NCBI GenBank assembly: GCA_964399265.1
Contig: CAYNQF010000004.1
Span: 1 to 57,857 of the forward strand
Reading direction: 5' to 3'
Length of the DNA: 57,857 nucleotides
Source of the DNA: an uncultured bacterium
Lineage (GTDB): Bacteria; Joyebacterota; Joyebacteria; Joyebacterales; Joyebacteraceae
Part shown: in pieces, positions 54,283 to 57,857 of the stretch
How the letters are laid out: each line of letters opens with the position of its first letter
Numbering within the stretch: the first letter of the stretch is position 1
Translations under genes and position numbers: made by a program
Notes under the pieces: model-generated
The model's input: the letters and a program-made list of their open reading frames with translations, nothing else
Database searches by the model: none
Told to the model about the DNA's origin: nothing

Positions 54283-56055
54283 ATGAGCCTCAAGCACGTC
54301 ATATCCCCGTTCTCGGCGTGGGTCAGGGCGTTCACCAAGCCCTACACGGTCCCCAAGGCCAAGACGATGAGGCCGGGCGCGCAGCGCTACCGCGGATGGC
54401 ACGTGAACGACACCGACAAGTGCGTCGGCTGCGGCACGTGCGCGAGCATATGCCAGAACGAGGCGATCGACATGGTCGAGGTCGAGTCTCCCGAGACCGG
54501 GGACTCCGGGCTCCGCCCGCGAGTCGACTACGGCCGCTGCTGCTGGTGCGCGCTCTGCGTCGACGTGTGTCCGTCGGGCTCGCTCGGCATGTCGAACGAG
54601 TACAACTGGGTGGACGCCGACGCCGACGTCTTCCGGTACACGCCGGGCGTCGAGGAGAAGCCGTGGGACTCGCACGACAAGGGTTGGAGGCAGAGCGGTG
54701 ACGAGTTCAGCGTCTTCGATCCCTCGCGCGTCCCCATGCCGATGCTCCCGGCGGAGGAACGGACCGGGAGCTGGGCCGAGGTCGTGCTCGGATACGCCGA
54801 GGATGAGGCGCGCAGGGAAGCCTCACGCTGCGTCCAGTGCGGCATCTGTGTTGCCGCCTGTCCCGCCCACATGCACATACCGGATTACATCGCCGCGATC
54901 AGGGACGGGAACTACGCCGAGGCGGTGCGCGTCATATACGACAACAACCCGATGCCGGAGATGTGCGGCATGGTCTGCACACGGAAGTGCGAGACCGTCT
55001 GCAGCGTGGGACTCAAGGGGGACCCCATCGCGATCCGTTGGCTCAAGCGGTTCGCCACGGAGCGGTTCGACGACCTGCGCTCCGTCATCGACACGAAGGC
55101 GAGCGAGGTGGGGAAGGGACATTCGGTCGCGGTCGTCGGAGGCGGTCCATCCGGGTTCACTGTCGCGCATTACCTGGCGCTCCGCGGGTTCGACGTGACG
55201 ATCTATGAGCGCCTGCCGAAGCTGGGCGGCGCCACGTACTCGGGCATACCGCGCTACCGGTTCCCCACACCGTCGCTCGACAAACAGGTCGCGCTCCTCG
55301 AAGGCCTCGGGGTCAGGATCGTGACGGACCACGAGGTCGACGAGAAGGAGTTCGCGAGGCTCAGAGAGGAGAACCTGGCGGTCTTCGTCGGCACGGGGCT
55401 CATGAAGCCGTACTATCTGAACGTCCACGGTGAGGACCTGCCGGGCGTCATCTACGCGCTCGACCTGCTTCGCGACGTCAATCTGGGCAAGGACGTCGAA
55501 GTGGGGAAGAAGGTCGTGGTGGTCGGCGGCGGCAACGTCGCCATCGACGCGGCCCGCGTGAGCAGGCGGCTCGGCGCGGCGGTCACGATCGCCTACAGGC
55601 GCAGGCATGAGGACATGCCCGCCGACGACGAGGAGATCGAGGACGCCGAGGCGGAGGGCGTCGAGATCATCACCCAGAGCATCCCGCTCGAGGTGAAGCA
55701 GACAGAGGACGGACGTCTCAACATGGTCTGGGGTCCGGCCAAGATGCTTCCGGCGGAGCCCGGCAAGCGTCCGAGGCCTCAGCTCATTGAGGGCGTTCGG
55801 AACGACATGGTGGTCGACCGCGTCATCGTCGCGATCGGTCAGGGTCCCGACCTCTCCTGGATGGGAGACGGCCCGGCGGGCGAGATATCGGAGGACCGGG
55901 GCTGGATCAAGGTCGACGAGCACGGCGAGACGCCGCTCTCGGGCGTGTTCGCCGGTGGCGACCTCGTGAACTCGGTCGCGGACGCGATCTCCGCCATAGC
56001 CGATGGACTGCGAGCCGTCGACGGCATAACAGGACTTGCGGAGAAACGCCGCTGA
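54283..56055 (+). CDS. Fusion of a NuoI/MbxN-like 2x[4Fe-4S] ferredoxin and a GltD/NfnB/SudA-like FAD-NAD(P)H oxidoreductase
   Basis: CVGCGTCASICQ, CCWCALCVDVCP, then CVQC..CPAH..CGMVC..C, GGGPSG, GGGNVAIDAA, YRR, FAGGD. Confidence 0.9.
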   Translation: MSLKHVISPFSAWVRAFTKPYTVPKAKTMRPGAQRYRGWHVNDTDKCVGCGTCASICQNEAIDMVEVESPETGDSGLRPRVDYGRCCWCALCVDVCPSGSLGMSNEYNWVDADADVFRYTPGVEEKPWDSHDKGWRQSGDEFSVFDPSRVPMPMLPAEERTGSWAEVVLGYAEDEARREASRCVQCGICVAACPAHMHIPDYIAAIRDGNYAEAVRVIYDNNPMPEMCGMVCTRKCETVCSVGLKGDPIAIRWLKRFATERFDDLRSVIDTKASEVGKGHSVAVVGGGPSGFTVAHYLALRGFDVTIYERLPKLGGATYSGIPRYRFPTPSLDKQVALLEGLGVRIVTDHEVDEKEFARLREENLAVFVGTGLMKPYYLNVHGEDLPGVIYALDLLRDVNLGKDVEVGKKVVVVGGGNVAIDAARVSRRLGAAVTIAYRRRHEDMPADDEEIEDAEAEGVEIITQSIPLEVKQTEDGRLNMVWGPAKMLPAEPGKRPRPQLIEGVRNDMVVDRVIVAIGQGPDLSWMGDGPAGEISEDRGWIKVDEHGETPLSGVFAGGDLVNSVADAISAIADGLRAVDGITGLAEKRR

Positions 56056-56072
56056 GCGCCGGAGGAAGAGTC

Positions 56073-57482
56073 ATGCTCAGGATCTACGACACGCTGGATG
56101 CCAGGAAGAAGGAATTCGTCCCGGTCAACGAGGGCAAGGTCGGGATGTACTTCTGCGGAATGACCGTCCAGTCCGAGCCGCACGTGGGGCACATGCGCGT
56201 GGCGGTAGTGTCCGACCTCTTCAAGAGGTACCTGACGTTCAAGGGCTACGACGTCACCCTGGTCATCAATTTCACAGACATAGACGACAAGATCATCGAG
56301 AAGGCACGAGAGCAGGGCGTCGGCTACCTTGAGATCGCCCAGCGCAACATAGACAAGTTCATGGCGTTCCTCCACTTCCTGGGCGCCGAGGAGGCCGACC
56401 ACTACCCGAGGGCGACCGAGTTCATCTCCGAGATCATCGCACTCGTGAAGGACCTGGAGGGGAAGGGCTACGCCTACGAGTCGGGCGGAGATGTCTACTT
56501 CGAAGTGAAGAAGTGGCCGAGCTACGGCAAGCTCTCGAAGAGGAACCTGGACGACCTCCTGGCCGGCGCGAGCCAGAGGGTCGACATCGACGACAAGAAG
56601 CGCAACCCCGAGGACTTCGCGCTCTGGAAGAAGGCCAAGGAAGGCGAGCCCGCCTGGAAGAGCCCGTGGGGGATGGGGCGTCCGGGCTGGCACATCGAGT
56701 GCTCGGCGATGTCGACCAAGTACCTTGGAGAGCATTTCGACATACACTGCGGCGGGACGGAGCTCATCTTCCCGCACCATGAGAACGAGATAGCCCAGTC
56801 CGAGGCATCCACGGGGAAGCCGTACGTGAACCATTGGGTGCACCACGGACTCGTGAACCTCGTCGGTGAGAAGATGTCGAAGTCGACCGGCCACTTCAAG
56901 ACGATGGAGGAGATCGCGTCGAAGTTCCCGCCCGACGTCGTCCGCTTCTACCTGCTCTCGACCCACTACAGAACGCAGATCGAGTTCTCCGACGAGCGAC
57001 TCGCGGAGGCCGCGGCGTCGATAGAGCGCTTCCAGAACCTGTTCCGGACGCTCTCCCGTCTGGTGGGTCCGGAGGGAGTAGGGGAGTCGGCGGCCTCGCC
57101 GTCTCCGGAGATGCAGGATGTTCGAACGAAGTTCATTGAAGCGATGGACGACGATCTGAACACCGCTCAGGCGATCGGACATCTGTTCGACGCGGTGCGG
57201 GTGCTGAACCAGGAAATCGAGTCCGGCGCGGACGCGACCGCTCTGCGGGCCGACAGGGCGACTCTCAGGGAGCTTCTTGACGTGCTGGGACTTCTGTCGA
57301 CGCTCAAGGGCGGGGAGGACGACGTGCCGGAGCAGATCGTCGATTTAGTGAACGCACGCTCAGCAGCCAGGGCCGCTAAGGACTGGGCGAAAGCGGATGA
57401 ACTGCGCTCAGCAATCGAGGCAGCGGGCTACACCGTCGAGGACACCCCAGAGGGACCCGTGGCCCACAAGGCGGCCGCCTAG
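56073..57482 (+). CDS. cysS: Cysteine--tRNA ligase
   Basis: CGMTV..PHVGH, DFALWK, GRPGWHIECS, PHHENE, KMSKS. Confidence 0.97.
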   Translation: MLRIYDTLDARKKEFVPVNEGKVGMYFCGMTVQSEPHVGHMRVAVVSDLFKRYLTFKGYDVTLVINFTDIDDKIIEKAREQGVGYLEIAQRNIDKFMAFLHFLGAEEADHYPRATEFISEIIALVKDLEGKGYAYESGGDVYFEVKKWPSYGKLSKRNLDDLLAGASQRVDIDDKKRNPEDFALWKKAKEGEPAWKSPWGMGRPGWHIECSAMSTKYLGEHFDIHCGGTELIFPHHENEIAQSEASTGKPYVNHWVHHGLVNLVGEKMSKSTGHFKTMEEIASKFPPDVVRFYLLSTHYRTQIEFSDERLAEAAASIERFQNLFRTLSRLVGPEGVGESAASPSPEMQDVRTKFIEAMDDDLNTAQAIGHLFDAVRVLNQEIESGADATALRADRATLRELLDVLGLLSTLKGGEDDVPEQIVDLVNARSAARAAKDWAKADELRSAIEAAGYTVEDTPEGPVAHKAAA

Positions 57483-57568
57483 AGGGCAGGCGAGGAGCGT
57501 CCCCGCCGCCTCAAAGAGGCCTACTGGGGCGCTGTTTCGCCATGCGCATACATCGAGCCTCTTTTGAG

Positions 57569-57597
57569 TTGACATTGCCGCCTTCCGTGAGTAGACT
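57569..57597 (+). promoter_or_regulatory. sigma70 promoter of the tRNA cluster
   Basis: TTGACA-N17-TAGACT. Confidence 0.75.
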
Positions 57598-57662
57598 CTC
57601 AAGTTTGTGGCTGGGAGTATCGAGAGGAGGCCCCTTTCCGAGGGGTACTCTGTGAGGCTTGA

Positions 57663-57737
57663 GCTGGCGTAGCTCAACGGTAGAGCGCCTCACTTGTAAT
57701 GAGGGGGTTGGGGGTTCGATTCCTCTCGCCAGCTCCA
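57663..57737 (+). tRNA. tRNA-Thr (TGT)
   Basis: Full cloverleaf: GCTGGCG/CGCCAGC acceptor stem, GCTC/GAGC D-stem, CCTCA-CTTGTAA-TGAGG anticodon arm, TTCGA loop, encoded CCA. Confidence 0.97.
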
Positions 57738-57799
57738 GAAAAGCATGGAGAGGCCCGATGCTCGCCAGGCAGGGCCGATCCGGCAAAGCGGTACAGGAC

Positions 57800-57857
57800 G
57801 GGGGGGTTCCCGAGCGGTCAAAGGGAACAGACTGTAAATCTGTCGGCGAAGCCTTCG
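57800..57857 (+). tRNA. tRNA-Tyr (GTA), truncated by the window end
   Basis: GGGGGGGTTCCCGAGCGGTCAAAGGG..CAGA-CTGTAAA-TCTG; Thr(TGT)-Tyr(GTA) order typical of the tuf-associated tRNA cluster. Confidence 0.93.

Noticed and set aside
45020-56055. Selenocysteine or stop-codon readthrough in the redox subunits
   Set aside because: Catalytic positions are ordinary Cys codons, and the TGA stops coincide with ATGA/GTGA coupling to the next gene.
56073-57482. cysS 17 nt after the Mbx operon as a persulfide-supplying partner
   Set aside because: The position is explained by ancestral gltX-cysS-tRNA synteny, and the KIIK motif linked to persulfide synthesis reads KIIE here.
57482-57857. tRNA genes as an integration site for the upstream cargo
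   Set aside because: No integrase and no duplicated tRNA 3' end seen in the window; cysS lies between the cargo and the tRNAs.

Overview
GC-rich bacterial chromosomal segment; the FlgD/T9SS-type C-terminal domain suggests an FCB-related lineage (inference only). Almost all genes are on the + strand. No CRISPR array, rRNA, transposase or integrase is visible. Layout: (1) housekeeping block radA(5'-truncated)-ispDF-SGNH hydrolase-gltX-ddl; (2) a ~25 kb Wzy-type exopolysaccharide/surface-glycan operon (wza, wzc, wecB, GT2-SMR flippase-GT-C module, Wzy/ligase, heparinase II-like lyase, several GT4s, CapK/PaaK-like ligase, CE4 deacetylase, GT4-phosphoglycosyltransferase fusion) running into exosortase, EpsI, a membrane protein, a TPR lipoprotein and a sigma54-activator homologue whose ATPase motifs are all substituted; (3) surface proteins: PEGA/DUF5683, an FN3 lipoprotein, an FN3-array protein with a T9SS/FlgD-like CTD, and two PEP-CTERM proteins; (4) a GT4 and a minus-strand WbpB/WbpD-like sugar-biosynthesis pair; (5) M42 peptidase, btpA and a 12-gene Mbx/Mbs (membrane-bound sulfane reductase-like) operon with a fused H-H' subunit and a fused MbxN-GltD NAD(P)H module; (6) cysS, tRNA-Thr(TGT) and a truncated tRNA-Tyr(GTA). 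Best leads: three sigma54 promoters, each followed by a long leader, in a locus whose only enhancer-binding protein looks like a pseudo-ATPase; exosortase and T9SS-type sorting signals in one locus; and a predicted NADPH-fed Mbs-like complex.
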